From: Escherichia coli
GTDB taxonomy: Bacteria; Pseudomonadota; Gammaproteobacteria; Enterobacterales; Enterobacteriaceae
Assembly (NCBI RefSeq): GCF_003334355.1
Contig: NZ_QOWP01000023.1
Reading direction: 5' to 3' (one strand)
Length of the DNA stretch: 64,000 bases
The first letter of the stretch is position 1; each line of letters begins with the position of its first letter. The translations under genes and the position numbers were made by a program. The notes under the pieces were generated by a model. It was not told where the DNA came from. It searched no databases and saw nothing but the letters and a program-made list of their open reading frames with translations. Positions 10,493 through 21,876 of this stretch are shown piece by piece.

Positions 10493-10514
10493 TGATTGAG
10501 ATAATGAATAGATT

Positions 10515-11801
10515 TTACTGATGATTCATCATCAATTTACGCAACGCAGCAAAATCGGCGGGCAGATTATGTGAAAGCAAGGGTAAATCAGCACGTTCTG
10601 CCAGCTCTTTTGGCAGATCCAACGTTTCACCGAGAATCGCTTCCACGCTCTCTTTAAATTTCGCCGGATGCGCGGTGCCGAGGAACAAGCCATATTCGCC
10701 TGGATTCAACTGGTCACGCAGCGCACGATACGCTACGGCAGCGTGCGGCTCCGAGGTGTAGCCCAGTTCTTTTAACTCACGCATTGTCTGTTGCGTGGTT
10801 TCATCATCCACGGCTGCATAACCCAGCTCTTTCAGTTGCCAGATTTTGCGGCGGAACAACTCTTCCACACGCGGCCAGTTGTTCGGCTGACTCACGTCCA
10901 TCGCGTTGGATAACGTCGCCTGAGTCGCTTTGGGTGACCACTGACCGTCGTGCAGGAAACGTGGCACGGTATCGTTCACGTTGGTCGCAGCAATAAAACG
11001 TTTCACCGGCAGACCGAGTGACTTCGCCAGCAGACCCGCCGTCAAATCGCCGAAGTTTCCGCTTGGCACCGAGACAACCAGCTGGTTGCGCGCTTCCTGC
11101 GGCAGCTGCGCAACTGCTTCAAAGTAGTAGCAAATCTGCGCCAGCAAACGGCTGATGTTAATCGAGTTAGCTGAGTTTAACCCCAGCGCCACTTTCAGCT
11201 CTTCATCATCAAACGCCTGCTTCACCAGCGCCTGACAGGCATCGAAATCGCCGTCGATGGCAACAGTTTCGATATTGCCGCCCAATGTACAGAACAGTTT
11301 TTCTTGCAGTGGACTGATTTTGCCTCGTGGATAGAGGATAACCACTTTCACATTCGGTAAACCGTAGAAAGCATGAGCCACTGCCGCTCCGGTATCACCG
11401 GAGGTCGCGGTCAGAATGGTCACTGGCTTATCGCCCGCAATATGGGTCAGCATTTGTGCCATAAAGCGACCGCCGAAATCTTTAAATGCCAGCGTTGGCC
11501 CGTGGAACAATTCCAGACAACCGACATCGCTTTCAACATTGGCGACCGGAGCCGGGAAGGCAAACGCCGCGCGCACGCGCTCTTCCAGGATTTCCTGCGG
11601 GATTTCATCACCAATAAACGCCGAGAGGATCTTCGCACTGCGGGTGACAAAATCCAGCTTCAGCATCTCATCAATTTCAGTCAGGCTGAATTCCGGCAGG
11701 TCGTGCGGAAAAAACAGCCCCTGATTTTTGCCCAACCCCTGGGTTACGGCTTGCGCAAAGCTGACCTGCTCATTGTGATCTTTCAGATTGTAGAGTTTCA
11801 T
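10515..11801 (-). CDS. thrC: Threonine synthase (428 aa)
   Basis: Full ORF MKLYNLKDHNEQVSFAQAV..; last gene of thrLABC. Confidence 0.97.
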   Translation of the reverse strand: MKLYNLKDHNEQVSFAQAVTQGLGKNQGLFFPHDLPEFSLTEIDEMLKLDFVTRSAKILSAFIGDEIPQEILEERVRAAFAFPAPVANVESDVGCLELFHGPTLAFKDFGGRFMAQMLTHIAGDKPVTILTATSGDTGAAVAHAFYGLPNVKVVILYPRGKISPLQEKLFCTLGGNIETVAIDGDFDACQALVKQAFDDEELKVALGLNSANSINISRLLAQICYYFEAVAQLPQEARNQLVVSVPSGNFGDLTAGLLAKSLGLPVKRFIAATNVNDTVPRFLHDGQWSPKATQATLSNAMDVSQPNNWPRVEELFRRKIWQLKELGYAAVDDETTQQTMRELKELGYTSEPHAAVAYRALRDQLNPGEYGLFLGTAHPAKFKESVEAILGETLDLPKELAERADLPLLSHNLPADFAALRKLMMNHQ

Positions 11802-12734
11802 TTAGTTTTCCAGTACTCGTGCGCCCGCCGTATCCAGCCGGCAAATATGAACAAAACCTTCCTGATTTTGCAGGTAGTTCTTACCCAACCAGTCGGCAAC
11901 GCGCTGGGCGGTATCCGGCTTGTCACACAGAGCGAACAAGGTCGGGCCGGAGCCGGAGATACCGCTCGCTACCGCGCCGATTTCCGCAACCGCCTGCCGC
12001 GCCTGCCGGAAGCCAGGCAGTAACCGTTCACGGTAGGGTTCAGCGATAACATCTTTCATCAGCTTCGCGGCAAGCTCAGGCTGACGGGAATAGCAGGCGT
12101 GAATGAAGCCAGCCAGATGTCGCCCGTGCGCAATGCAATCCTGGCGGCGATACTGCGCCGGTAAAATAGCCCTGGCTTCTGCCGTCGAGACTTTAATCCC
12201 CGGATACGCCAGCACCCACAGCCACTCATCAAACCCTGGCACTTGCTGGCTGATGATGTCGTTTTCTTCGATCATCAACTGCATACCACCAAGAAAACAC
12301 GGTGCCACGTTGTCGTAATGAATGCTGCCGGAGATTCGTCCTTCCAGCTCGCCCATCAAAGCCAGCAAACGAGTGTCATTAAGCGGCTTGCCACAGTGTT
12401 CATTCATCGCCATCAGCGCCGCGACCACCGAACAGGCGCTGGAGCCTAAGCCCGAACCGATTGGCATATTCTTTTCCAGAGTCATCGCCACTGGAATTTG
12501 CTTGCCAAGCTCCTGGCAAAAACGCTCCCAGCACTGATAAACGATATTTTCCCGTGGTTCTGACGGCAGCTTATCGGCAAAGCGTCCGAGGTTGTTGAGA
12601 CTGAATGTCTCTGCCGCCTCAACCGTGACTACATCTCCGAGCAATGCACCATCAACAGGTGTCACCGCCGCCCCGAGCACATCAAACCCGACGCTCATAT
12701 TGGCACTGGAAGCCGGGGCATAAACTTTAACCAT
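11802..12734 (-). CDS. thrB: Homoserine kinase (310 aa)
   Basis: Full [24 protein letters not shown] with a GHMP kinase motif ([10 protein letters not shown]). It abuts thrC. Confidence 0.97.
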
Positions 12735-12735
12735 G

Positions 12736-15198
12736 TCAGACTCCTAACTTCCATGAGAGGGTACGTAGCAGATCGGCAAAGACACCGGCAGCTGTAACGT
12801 CATTGCCCGCACCATATCCGCGCAGCACCAACGGCAGCGGCTGATAATAGTGGCTATAAAAGGCCAGGGCGTTTTCGCCATTTTTCACTTTGAACAGCGG
12901 ATCATTACCATCCACTTCGGCAATCTTCACGCGGCAGGCACCATCTTCATCAATATTGCCAACATAGCGCAAAACTTTTCCTTCATCACGGGCCTTCGCC
13001 ACGCGCGCGGCAAAGAGATCGTCGAGCTGTGACAGATTCGCCATAAAAGCGGCAACATCACCCTCAGCGTTAAACTCTGCGGGCAGCACAGGTTCAATTT
13101 CAATATCCGCCAGCTCCAGTTCACGTCCCGTTTCACGAGCGAGAATCAATAGCTTACGCGCTACATCCATACCAGAAAGATCATCTCGCGGATCCGGTTC
13201 GGTATAACCCATTTCCCGCGCCAGAGTAGTCGCCTCGGAGAAACTCATGCCTTCGTCTAACTTGCCGAAGATATAAGAAAGCGAACCTGAAAGAATGCCG
13301 GAGAACTTCATCAATTCATCACCAGCATTGAGCAGATTTTGCAGGTTCTCAATAACCGGTAATCCAGCCCCAACGTTGGTGTCATAGAGGAATTTACGCC
13401 GCGATTTTTCCGCCGCATGACGCAACAGATGGTAGTAATCCATCGACGAGGTGTTGGCCTTTTTGTTCGGCGTGACAACGTGGAAACCTTCGCGCAAGAA
13501 GTCGGCATATTGATCCGCCACTGCCTGGCTGGAAGTGCAGTCAACAATGACCGGGTTCAGCAGATGATATTCTTTCACGAGGCGAATTAAGCGCCCGAGA
13601 TTAAACGGCTCTTTGGCTTGCGCCAGTTCTTCCTGCCAGTTTTCCAGATTTAGGCCATGCACATTGGTGAGCAGTGCCTTCGAGTTGGCAACACCGCAGA
13701 CACGTAAGTCGATATGTTTATTCTTCAGCCAGCTTTGTTGACGCTTCAGTTGCTCCAGCAGCGCACCGCCAACGCCACCGACGCCAATCACAAACACTTC
13801 GATAACCTGATCGGTATTGAACAGCATCTGATGAGTAACGCGCACGCCAGTGGTCGCATCATCGTTATTTACCACGACAGAGATTGAGCGTTCAGAAGAT
13901 CCCTGAGCAATCGCGACAATGTTGATATTGGCGCGGGCCAGCGCGGCAAAGAATTTCGCCGAGATCCCACGCAAGGTGCGCATACCATCACCTACCACCG
14001 AGATAATGGCCAGCCGTTCCGTCACCGCCAGCGGCTCCAGTAAGCCTTCTTTCAGTTCCAGGTAGAACTCTTCCTGCATTGCCCGTTCAGCCCGCACACA
14101 GTCGCTTTGCGGAACGCAGAAACTGATACTGTATTCGGAAGATGATTGCGTAATCAGCACCACGGAAATACGGGCGCGTGACATCGCGGCAAAGACGCGC
14201 GCCGCCATGCCGACCATTCCTTTCATCCCCGGGCCGGAAACGCTGAACATTGCCATGTTATTCAGATTGGAAATGCCCTTGACCGGTAATTCGTCTTCAT
14301 CACGACTGGCACCAATGAGCGTACCTGGTGCTTGAGGATTTCCGGTATTTTTAATCAGGCAAGGGATCTGGAACTGGGCGATGGGGGTAATGGTGCGGGG
14401 GTGAAGAACTTTAGCGCCGAAGTAGGAAAGCTCCATCGCTTCCTGGTAGGACATCGACTTCAACAACCTCGCATCGGGCACCTGACGCGGGTCGCAGGTA
14501 TAGACCCCGTCAACGTCCGTCCAAATCTCGCAACAATCGGCGCGTAAACAGGCAGCCAGCACCGCCGCGGAGTAGTCGGAACCGTTGCGTCCAAGTACCA
14601 CCAGTTCGCCTTTTTCATTACCGGCGGTGAAGCCTGCCATCAGCACCATGTGATCAGCCGGAATACGACTTGCCGCAATACGGCGGGTGGACTCAGCAAT
14701 ATCGACGGTAGATTCGAGGTAATGCCCCACTGCCAGTAGTTTTTCGACCGGATCGATAACGGTAACGTTGTGACCACGCGCTTCTAACACGCCGGCCATA
14801 ATGGCGATCGACATTTTCTCGCCACGGCAAATCAGCGCAGCGTTAATGCTATCCGGGCACTGCCCTAACAAACTAATGCCATGCAGGACATGTTTTATTT
14901 GGGCAAATTCCTGGTCGACGAAAGTTTTCAATTGCGCCAGCGGGAATCCCGGCTGGGCGGCGGCGAGTCCCGTCAAAAGTTCGGCAAAAATACGTTCGGC
15001 ATCGCTGATATTGGGTAAAGCATCCTGGCCGCTAATGGTTTTTTCAATCATCGCCACCAGGTGGTTGGTGATTTTGGCGGGGGCAGAGAGGACGGTGGCC
15101 ACCTGCCCCTGCCTGGCATTGCTTTCCAGAATATCGGCAACCCGCAGAAAACGTTCTGCATTTGCCACTGATGTACCGCCGAACTTCAACACTCGCAT
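12736..15198 (-). CDS. thrA: Bifunctional aspartokinase I / homoserine dehydrogenase I (820 aa)
   Basis: Full [29 protein letters not shown]... A few residues differ from my memory of K-12 (..[11 protein letters not shown].., ..DEDGACRV..). Confidence 0.98.
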
Positions 15199-15224
15199 GG
15201 TTGTTACCTCGTTACCTTTGGTCG

Positions 15225-15261
15225 AAAAAAAAAGCCCGCACTGTCAGGTGCGGGCTTTTTT
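15225..15261 (-). terminator. thr attenuator terminator
   Basis: aagcccgcac (15232-15241) pairs with gtgcgggctt (15248-15257), flanked by an A9/T-run, between thrL and thrA. Confidence 0.9.
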
Positions 15262-15279
15262 CTGTGTTTCCTGTACGCG

Positions 15280-15348
<69 letters not shown>

Positions 15349-15395
15349 TGTTGTGTACTCTGTAATTTTTATCTGTCTGTGCGCTATGCCTATAT

Positions 15396-15424
15396 TGGTT
15401 AAAGTATTTAGTGACCTAAGTCAA
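15396..15424 (-). promoter_or_regulatory. thrL promoter (-35 TTGACT, 17-nt spacer, -10 TAACCA)
   Basis: Minus strand has TTGACT (15419-15424) and TAACCA (15396-15401). The position agrees with the K-12 thrLp as I recall it. Confidence 0.6.
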
Positions 15425-15558
15425 TAAAATTTTAATTTACTCACGGCAGGTAACCAGTTCAGAAGCTGCTGTCAGAGACTCTTTTTTTAATCCACACAGA
15501 GACATATTGCCCATTGCAGTCAGAATGAAAAGCTGAAAAATACTTACTAAGGCGTTTT

Positions 15559-16245
15559 TTATTTGGTGATATTTTTTTCAATATCATGCAGCAAACGGTG
15601 CAACATTGCCGTGTCTCGTTGCTCTAAAAGCCCCAGGCGTTGCTGTAACCAGTCGACCAGTTTTATGTCATCTGCCACTGCCAGAGTCGTCAGCAATGCC
15701 ATGACTCGTTCGCGTAAAGCTTGCAGTTGATGTTGGTCTGCCGTTGTGTCACTTTTCGTCGGTTGTTGTATTAATGTTGCTAATTGATAGCAATAGACCA
15801 TCACTGCCTGCCCCAGATTGAGCGAAGGATAATCCGCCACCATCGGCACACCAGTAAGAACGTCAGCCAACGCTAACTCTTCGTTAGTCAACCCGGAATC
15901 TTCGCGACCAAACACCAGCGCGGCATGGCTCATCCATGAAGATTTTTCCTCTAACAGCGGCACCAGTTCAACTGGCGTGGCGTAGTAATGATATTTCGCC
16001 CGACTGCGCGCAGTGGTGGCGACAGTGAAATCGACATCGTGTAACGATTCAACCAGTGTCGGGAAAACTTTAATATTATCAATAATATCACCAGATCCAT
16101 GTGCGACCCAGCGAGTGGCTGGCTCCAGATGTGCCTGACTATCGACAATCCGCAGTTCGCTAAACCCCATCGTTTTCATTGCCCGCGCCGCTGCCCCAAT
16201 ATTTTCTGCTCTGGCGGGTGCGACCAGAATAATCGTTATACGCAT
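15559..16245 (-). CDS. lasT: SpoU/TrmH-class RNA methyltransferase LasT (YjtD), 228 aa
   Basis: ORF 15559..16266; conserved start MRITIILVAPARAENIGAAARAMKTMGF at 16245. Confidence 0.85.
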   Translation of the reverse strand: MRITIILVAPARAENIGAAARAMKTMGFSELRIVDSQAHLEPATRWVAHGSGDIIDNIKVFPTLVESLHDVDFTVATTARSRAKYHYYATPVELVPLLEEKSSWMSHAALVFGREDSGLTNEELALADVLTGVPMVADYPSLNLGQAVMVYCYQLATLIQQPTKSDTTADQHQLQALRERVMALLTTLAVADDIKLVDWLQQRLGLLEQRDTAMLHRLLHDIEKNITK

Positions 16246-16589
16246 ATTGCCACTCTTCTTGACCAAATGACCGCGAACAGGGTGATCACTGTCAACTTAT
16301 TACGCGGTGCGAATTTACAAATCCTTAACGTAAGTCGCAGAAAAAGCCCTTTACTTAGCTTAAAAAAGGCTAAACTATTTCCTGACTGTACTAACGGTTG
16401 AATTGTTAAAAAATGCTACATATCCTTCTGTTTACTTAGGATAATTTTATAAAAAATAAATCTCGACAATTGGATTCACCACGTTTATTAGTTGTATGAT
16501 GCAACTAGTTGGATTATTAAAATAATGTGACGAAAGCTAGCATTTAGATACGATGATTTCATCAAACTGTTAACGTGCTACAATTGAAC

Positions 16590-16603
16590 TTGATATATGT
16601 CAA
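16590..16603 (+). promoter_or_regulatory. FNR-like site in the arcA upstream region
   Basis: TTGATatatGTCAA has one mismatch to TTGAT-N4-ATCAA. arcA is known to have an FNR-dependent promoter. Confidence 0.4.
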
Positions 16604-16644
16604 CGAAGCGTAGTTTTATTGGGTGTCCGGCCCCTCTTAGCCTG

Positions 16645-16785
16645 TTATGTTGCTGTTAAAATGGTTAGGATGACAGCCGTTTTTGACACTGTCGGGTCCT
16701 GAGGGAAAGTACCCACGACCAAGCTAATGATGTTGTTGACGTTGATGGAAAGTGCATCAAGAACGCAATTACGTACTTTAGTCAT
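16645..16785 (-). CDS. yjjY: Small ORF yjjY (46 aa) inside and antisense to the long arcA leader region
   Basis: Hand translation gives MTKVRNCVLDALSINVNNIISLVVGTFPQDPTVSKTAVILTILTAT*. The position matches the K-12 annotation. Expression is unproven. Confidence 0.4.
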   Translation of the reverse strand: MTKVRNCVLDALSINVNNIISLVVGTFPQDPTVSKTAVILTILTAT

Positions 16786-16880
16786 GTTACGCCGATCATG
16801 TTAATTTGCAGCATGCATCAGGCAGGTCAGGGACTTTTGTACTTCCTGTTTCGATTTAGTTGGCAATTTAGGTAGCAAAC

Positions 16881-17597
16881 ATGCAGACCCCGCACATTCT
16901 TATCGTTGAAGACGAGTTGGTAACACGCAACACGTTGAAAAGTATTTTCGAAGCGGAAGGCTATGATGTTTTCGAAGCGACAGATGGCGCGGAAATGCAT
17001 CAGATCCTCTCTGAATATGACATCAACCTGGTGATCATGGATATCAATCTGCCGGGTAAGAACGGTCTTCTGTTAGCGCGTGAACTGCGCGAGCAGGCGA
17101 ATGTTGCGTTGATGTTCCTGACTGGCCGTGACAACGAAGTCGATAAAATTCTCGGCCTCGAAATCGGTGCAGATGACTACATCACCAAACCGTTCAACCC
17201 GCGTGAACTGACGATTCGTGCACGCAACCTGCTGTCCCGTACCATGAATCTGGGTACTGTCAGCGAAGAACGTCGTAGCGTTGAAAGCTACAAGTTCAAT
17301 GGTTGGGAACTGGACATCAACAGCCGTTCGTTGATCGGCCCTGATGGCGAGCAGTACAAGCTGCCGCGCAGCGAGTTCCGCGCCATGCTTCACTTCTGTG
17401 AAAACCCAGGCAAAATTCAGTCCCGTGCTGAACTGCTGAAGAAAATGACCGGCCGTGAGCTGAAACCACACGACCGTACTGTAGACGTGACGATCCGCCG
17501 TATTCGTAAACATTTCGAATCTACGCCGGATACGCCGGAAATCATCGCCACCATCCACGGTGAAGGTTATCGCTTCTGCGGTGATCTGGAAGATTAA
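16881..17597 (+). CDS. arcA: Aerobic respiration control response regulator ArcA (238 aa)
   Basis: OmpR-family ORF: [12 protein letters not shown].., acceptor Asp context [10 protein letters not shown], winged-helix C-terminus. Confidence 0.97.
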
Positions 17598-17614
17598 TCG
17601 GCGTTACCACCGTC

Positions 17615-17650
17615 AAAAAAAATGGCGCTTTTTAGCGCCGTTTTTATTTT
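17615..17650. terminator. Bidirectional terminator between convergent arcA and creD
   Basis: ggcgct (17624-17629) pairs with agcgcc (17634-17639), with an A-run upstream and a T-run downstream. Confidence 0.75.
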
Positions 17651-17656
17651 TCAACC

Positions 17657-19009
17657 TTATTTCCAGATACGTAATTGATCGTCCATTGTAACTTCTTTAC
17701 TGGCTTTCATTTTCGGCAGTGAAAACGCATACCAGTCGATATTACGAGTCACAAACATCATGCCGGCCAGCGCCACCACCAGCACACTGGTTCCCAACAA
17801 CAGCGCGCTATCGGCAGAGTTGAGCAGTCCCCACATCACACCATCCAGCAACAACAGCGCGAGGGTAAACAACATGCTGTTGCGCCAGCCTTTCAATACC
17901 GCCTGCAAATAAATACCGTTCATTAACGCCCCAATCAGACTGGCGATTATCCATGCCACGGTAAAACCGATATGTTCAGAAAGCGCCAGCAAGAGCAAAT
18001 AAAACATCACCAATGAAAGCCCCACCAGCAAATATTGCATTGGGTGTAAACGTTGCGCGGTGAGCGTTTCAAAAACAAAGAACGCCATAAAAGTCAGTGC
18101 AATCAGCAGAATGGCGTACTTAGTCGCCCGGTCCGTTAATTGGTATTGATCGGCTGGCGTCGTCACTGCGACGCTAAACGCGGGGAAGTTTTCCCAGCCG
18201 GTATCATTGCCTGAAGCAAAACGCTCACCGAGATTATTAGCAAACCAGCTGCTTTGCCATTGCGCCTGAAAACCTGACTCGCTAACTTCCCGTTTGGCTG
18301 GCAAAAAATCACCTAAAAAACTGGGATGCGGCCAGTTGCTGGTTAAGGTCATTTCGCTATTACGCCCGGCAGGCACCACAGAAAGATCGCCGGTACCGCT
18401 TAAATTCAGGGCCATATTCAGCTTCAGGTTCTGCTTCCGCCAGCCCCCTTCGGGTAAAGGGATATGCACGCCCTGCCCGCCTTGCTCTAACCCGGTGCCG
18501 GGTTCAATGGTCAGCGCCGTTCCGTTAACTTCAGGCGCTTTCACCACACCAATACCACGCGCATCCCCGACGCTAATCACAATAAAGGGCTTGCCTAAGA
18601 TGATATTTGGCGCGTTGAGCTCGCTAAGACGCGAAACATCGAAATCGGCTTTTAGCGTTAAATCACTGTGCCAGACCTGACCGGTATAAATCCCTATCTT
18701 GCGTTCTTCCACGTTCTGATTGCCATCAACCATCAATGACTCAGGTAACCAAAAATGGATAAAACTTCGTTTCCGCTCCACGGTTTTATCCTCTTCCTGC
18801 ACCGTATAAAGCTCGGTCACAGGAATAGCGATAAGCGGCCCAACGAGTTTTTGCGGCCCGCTGGTACTTTGGCGAATCGCATCTTCCACATCGCTACGGT
18901 AATCGGCACGTTCGACAATCACTTGCCGAATCAGCATTATCGGAATCAACAACAGCAATACTGCACCAAACAAGGTGGTCATTTTCCAGAACAGGGGGGA
19001 TTTCAACAT
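17657..19009 (-). CDS. creD: Inner-membrane protein CreD (450 aa)
   Basis: Full ORF with several C-terminal TM segments; last gene of creABCD. Confidence 0.9.
   Translation of the reverse strand: MLKSPLFWKMTTLFGAVLLLLIPIMLIRQVIVERADYRSDVEDAIRQSTSGPQKLVGPLIAIPVTELYTVQEEDKTVERKRSFIHFWLPESLMVDGNQNVEERKIGIYTGQVWHSDLTLKADFDVSRLSELNAPNIILGKPFIVISVGDARGIGVVKAPEVNGTALTIEPGTGLEQGGQGVHIPLPEGGWRKQNLKLNMALNLSGTGDLSVVPAGRNSEMTLTSNWPHPSFLGDFLPAKREVSESGFQAQWQSSWFANNLGERFASGNDTGWENFPAFSVAVTTPADQYQLTDRATKYAILLIALTFMAFFVFETLTAQRLHPMQYLLVGLSLVMFYLLLLALSEHIGFTVAWIIASLIGALMNGIYLQAVLKGWRNSMLFTLALLLLDGVMWGLLNSADSALLLGTSVLVVALAGMMFVTRNIDWYAFSLPKMKASKEVTMDDQLRIWK
17776..17783 (-). other. Chi octamer 5'-GCTGGTGG-3' (minus strand)
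   Basis: Plus strand reads ccaccagc. Confidence 0.85.
18022..18029 (-). other. Chi octamer 5'-GCTGGTGG-3' (minus strand)
   Basis: Plus strand reads ccaccagc. Confidence 0.85.
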
Positions 19010-19066
19010 AGTCTTCTCCTTTGCAATGGCAGCAGGATACGAAGGCTATGTGGGAAGAATTTGAAG

Positions 19067-20491
19067 CTATGTGAAGTGACGGTGAAGTCGAAGCGAGGCC
19101 AGCACGCCACCTTCCTGCACGTTGCGCAGCGTGACTTCGCCGTTAAACAAACGGGCGACCTCACTGACGAACGCCAACCCCAGACCGCTGCTTTTTTGCC
19201 CATTTGCACGCGGCAAAGAGTAAAAGCGTTCAAAAATACGTGACAGCGCGTAGTCAGGAATACCACTACCGGTATCCAGCACCTTAAGGGCGACGTGTTC
19301 CTGATCCACTTCGGCGCTTAGCGTTATGCGACCGCTCTCGGGGGTAAAATCGATGGCGTTATCCAGTAAATTCCCCAGCGCCTGCTCCAGTAACGCCGGT
19401 TCAGCAGCAACATTAACCTCAGTGGGCATAACATGTAGAGTGATGTTTTTTTCTGCCAACTGCACGGTGCGCGCTTCGCTGACGCGGCGAAATAATGCCG
19501 CCACATCAACAACAGTCAGAACGACTTCCTGACGATTCTCCAGTCTTGCCTGGCGTAGTAACGTTTCTACCAATGCCTGCATACGCGCATTTTGCGTCAG
19601 AATGTTGTCGGTAAAACGAGCCACCACTTCCGGTGGCGGACCTTCGCGTAAAATTTCCGCCGCGCCACGAATCGCCGCCAGTGGGCTTTTTAGCTCATGG
19701 GTTAACGCATAAACATACTGCTCAATATAGTTTTTCCCTTCCAGCTTCACGCGCATACTTTCCAGCGCCTGCGCAAGCTTACGCAACTCGCTACTGCCGA
19801 GTTCAGGAAGAGGAACGGGCTTATTGTCAGTGACGGAATCGGCATAGCGAGTGAGCCGGGCAATGGAGCGGTTGATCCACCAAACCATGCCTGCGCCAAT
19901 CACCAGTGCAATCCCCAGCAAAATGGCGCTGGCCCATAAAATTCGCCGCTCGCTACGCTTAATGACCGGAGCCATCGCCGCGTTCGGTTTGCCTACGCTC
20001 AAAACGCCAATAAGCCGCGAGCCGTCCATAATCAGCGCGGCAACATACATCACCGAACTTTCGGGATCGGCAGGATTTTGCAACGTGCTGCGCGCACCAT
20101 ACTGACCACGCAACGTTAGCCAGACGTCATTCCAGCGCGAATAATCCTGCCCAACGGCTTTATTTGCCGAATCGAACAATACTTTACCCTGCGAATCGGT
20201 CATATAGACATGATATTCATTGCGCACTTTGTTAATGCCACCGATATTGGCGCGAAACGGGCGATGTTGTAGCTGATTAAACGCCTGCGCCAGTTGCCCA
20301 TGCGTTGGGTCCCCAGAGAGCAAATCGGGACGCGCCAGCTCCGCCAGCAACGTTGCGGTATCGATTAACGTCCCCTCCGTTGCTCTTCGCACGCCCGGTT
20401 TAACTTCTTTGACAAAAATAGCCAGTACGAACCAGGCCGCCACCGCCACCAGTAAAAAATAGCCCAGCAGCAACCGCATGCCGATACGCAT
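19067..20491 (-). CDS. creC: Sensor histidine kinase CreC (474 aa)
   Basis: Two TM segments and the H-box LTHELKSPLAAI. The start overlaps the creB stop by 1 nt (TAATG). Confidence 0.93.
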   Translation of the reverse strand: MRIGMRLLLGYFLLVAVAAWFVLAIFVKEVKPGVRRATEGTLIDTATLLAELARPDLLSGDPTHGQLAQAFNQLQHRPFRANIGGINKVRNEYHVYMTDSQGKVLFDSANKAVGQDYSRWNDVWLTLRGQYGARSTLQNPADPESSVMYVAALIMDGSRLIGVLSVGKPNAAMAPVIKRSERRILWASAILLGIALVIGAGMVWWINRSIARLTRYADSVTDNKPVPLPELGSSELRKLAQALESMRVKLEGKNYIEQYVYALTHELKSPLAAIRGAAEILREGPPPEVVARFTDNILTQNARMQALVETLLRQARLENRQEVVLTVVDVAALFRRVSEARTVQLAEKNITLHVMPTEVNVAAEPALLEQALGNLLDNAIDFTPESGRITLSAEVDQEHVALKVLDTGSGIPDYALSRIFERFYSLPRANGQKSSGLGLAFVSEVARLFNGEVTLRNVQEGGVLASLRLHRHFT

Positions 20492-21180
20492 TACAGGCCC
20501 CTCAGGCTATATCCCATGCCGCGATGAGTATTAATCGGTGAAAGATCGGGGTTGATGGCGCGCAGCTTGGCACGCAACGTTTTAATGTGGGTATCAATGG
20601 TGCGATCGTAGGTGTCCTGCGCATCTTCCCACACGCTATCCATTAGTTGCTGGCGGGACCAGACGCGGCCTGGCGACTTGAGTAACGTCTTCAGCAATAA
20701 AAACTCATACCGCGTCAGCGTTAATGGCGTGTCAAACCAGCTGATCTGCGCCGCGGGTTCATTCAATTCAAAATGACCAATACGGATGACGGGAGACGGC
20801 GACGAGAACTTCTTCACCCGACGCAGTAAGGTGCGCACCCTGGCGCACACTTCGCGGGGTGAAAACGGTTTAGCCACATAGTCGTCAGCGCCAATTTCCA
20901 GCCCAAGCAGGCGATCGACCTCTTCACTTCGGGCCGTCAGGAACAGTACAGGTAACGCCGGATGGAGCGCCAGTAACTGGCGGCATAATTCAAAGCCGCT
21001 GATATCAGGCAAACCAACATCGAGAATCATGACGTCGGGAGCCTGCTGGCGAGCTTTATCCAGCACCGGCAAGCCTCGCTCAAAGACCTCGACGGCAAAA
21101 CCTTCCTGCTGCAACATGTAGACCAGCGTGTCGGCTATCCCTTGCTCATCTTCCACTAACCAGACCGTTTCCCGTTGCAT
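20491..21180 (-). CDS. creB: Response regulator CreB (229 aa)
   Basis: OmpR-family receiver (VMILDVGLPD) plus a winged helix. Confidence 0.93.
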   Translation of the reverse strand: MQRETVWLVEDEQGIADTLVYMLQQEGFAVEVFERGLPVLDKARQQAPDVMILDVGLPDISGFELCRQLLALHPALPVLFLTARSEEVDRLLGLEIGADDYVAKPFSPREVCARVRTLLRRVKKFSSPSPVIRIGHFELNEPAAQISWFDTPLTLTRYEFLLLKTLLKSPGRVWSRQQLMDSVWEDAQDTYDRTIDTHIKTLRAKLRAINPDLSPINTHRGMGYSLRGL

Positions 21181-21192
21181 AAATCGCCTCTG

Positions 21193-21666
21193 TTATTGCC
21201 GCCACGGCATGACAGGAACCGCGCTAATCGCGTTTTTCGGCGAACCTTCTACAACTTTGTCGGAGTAAGCCAGATAAGCGAGCGCGTTGCGTTTGGCGTC
21301 ATAAAAGCGCACGACCTGTAACGACTTAAAGACCAGGGACGTGCGTTTTTTGAATACTACCTCGCCCTGAGCTTTGCCGTTTTTAATACGATCCGACAGT
21401 TCAATCGGCCCGACTTGCTGACAAGAAATAGCCGCATCGGAGGTATCTTCCGCCAGACCCAATCCCCCTTTAATACCACCTGTTTTCGCCCGGCTCACAT
21501 AACAGGTGACATTTTTCACATCGGGATCGTCAAAGGCTTCCACAACAATTTTGTGATCCGGGCCGATCATTTTAAATACGGTGTCGACCGAACCAATCTC
21601 TTCTGCATGAGCCAATGGCCCCAGCATTATCAGGCTTAAAGACAGGATCAAATGCTTGTATTTCAT
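21193..21666 (-). CDS. creA: Periplasmic protein CreA (157 aa)
   Basis: Signal peptide [21 protein letters not shown]; first gene of the cre operon. Confidence 0.85.
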
Positions 21667-21876
21667 ATTGTTACCATTTTTATCTATTACACGAGCAATT
21701 AGTTCGTCACGGTAAATAACATATTGATTAAGAACAAAATCTCAATACTTTTATTTCCGTCAAGACCTAAAACATACTCTACTAAGAAAAAAACACTGAA
21801 TGCTAAAACAGCAAAAAATGCTATTATCCAATTACCTGATGTCAGGTGCTCGTTGTTGAAAGGATGAGGATATTTT

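Noticed and set aside
10505-10513. Another tgaatagat 9-mer, just downstream of the thrC stop, identical to the islet repeat core.
   Set aside because: A single 9-mer match is expected by chance about once per two strands of 64 kb. It has no phased partners.
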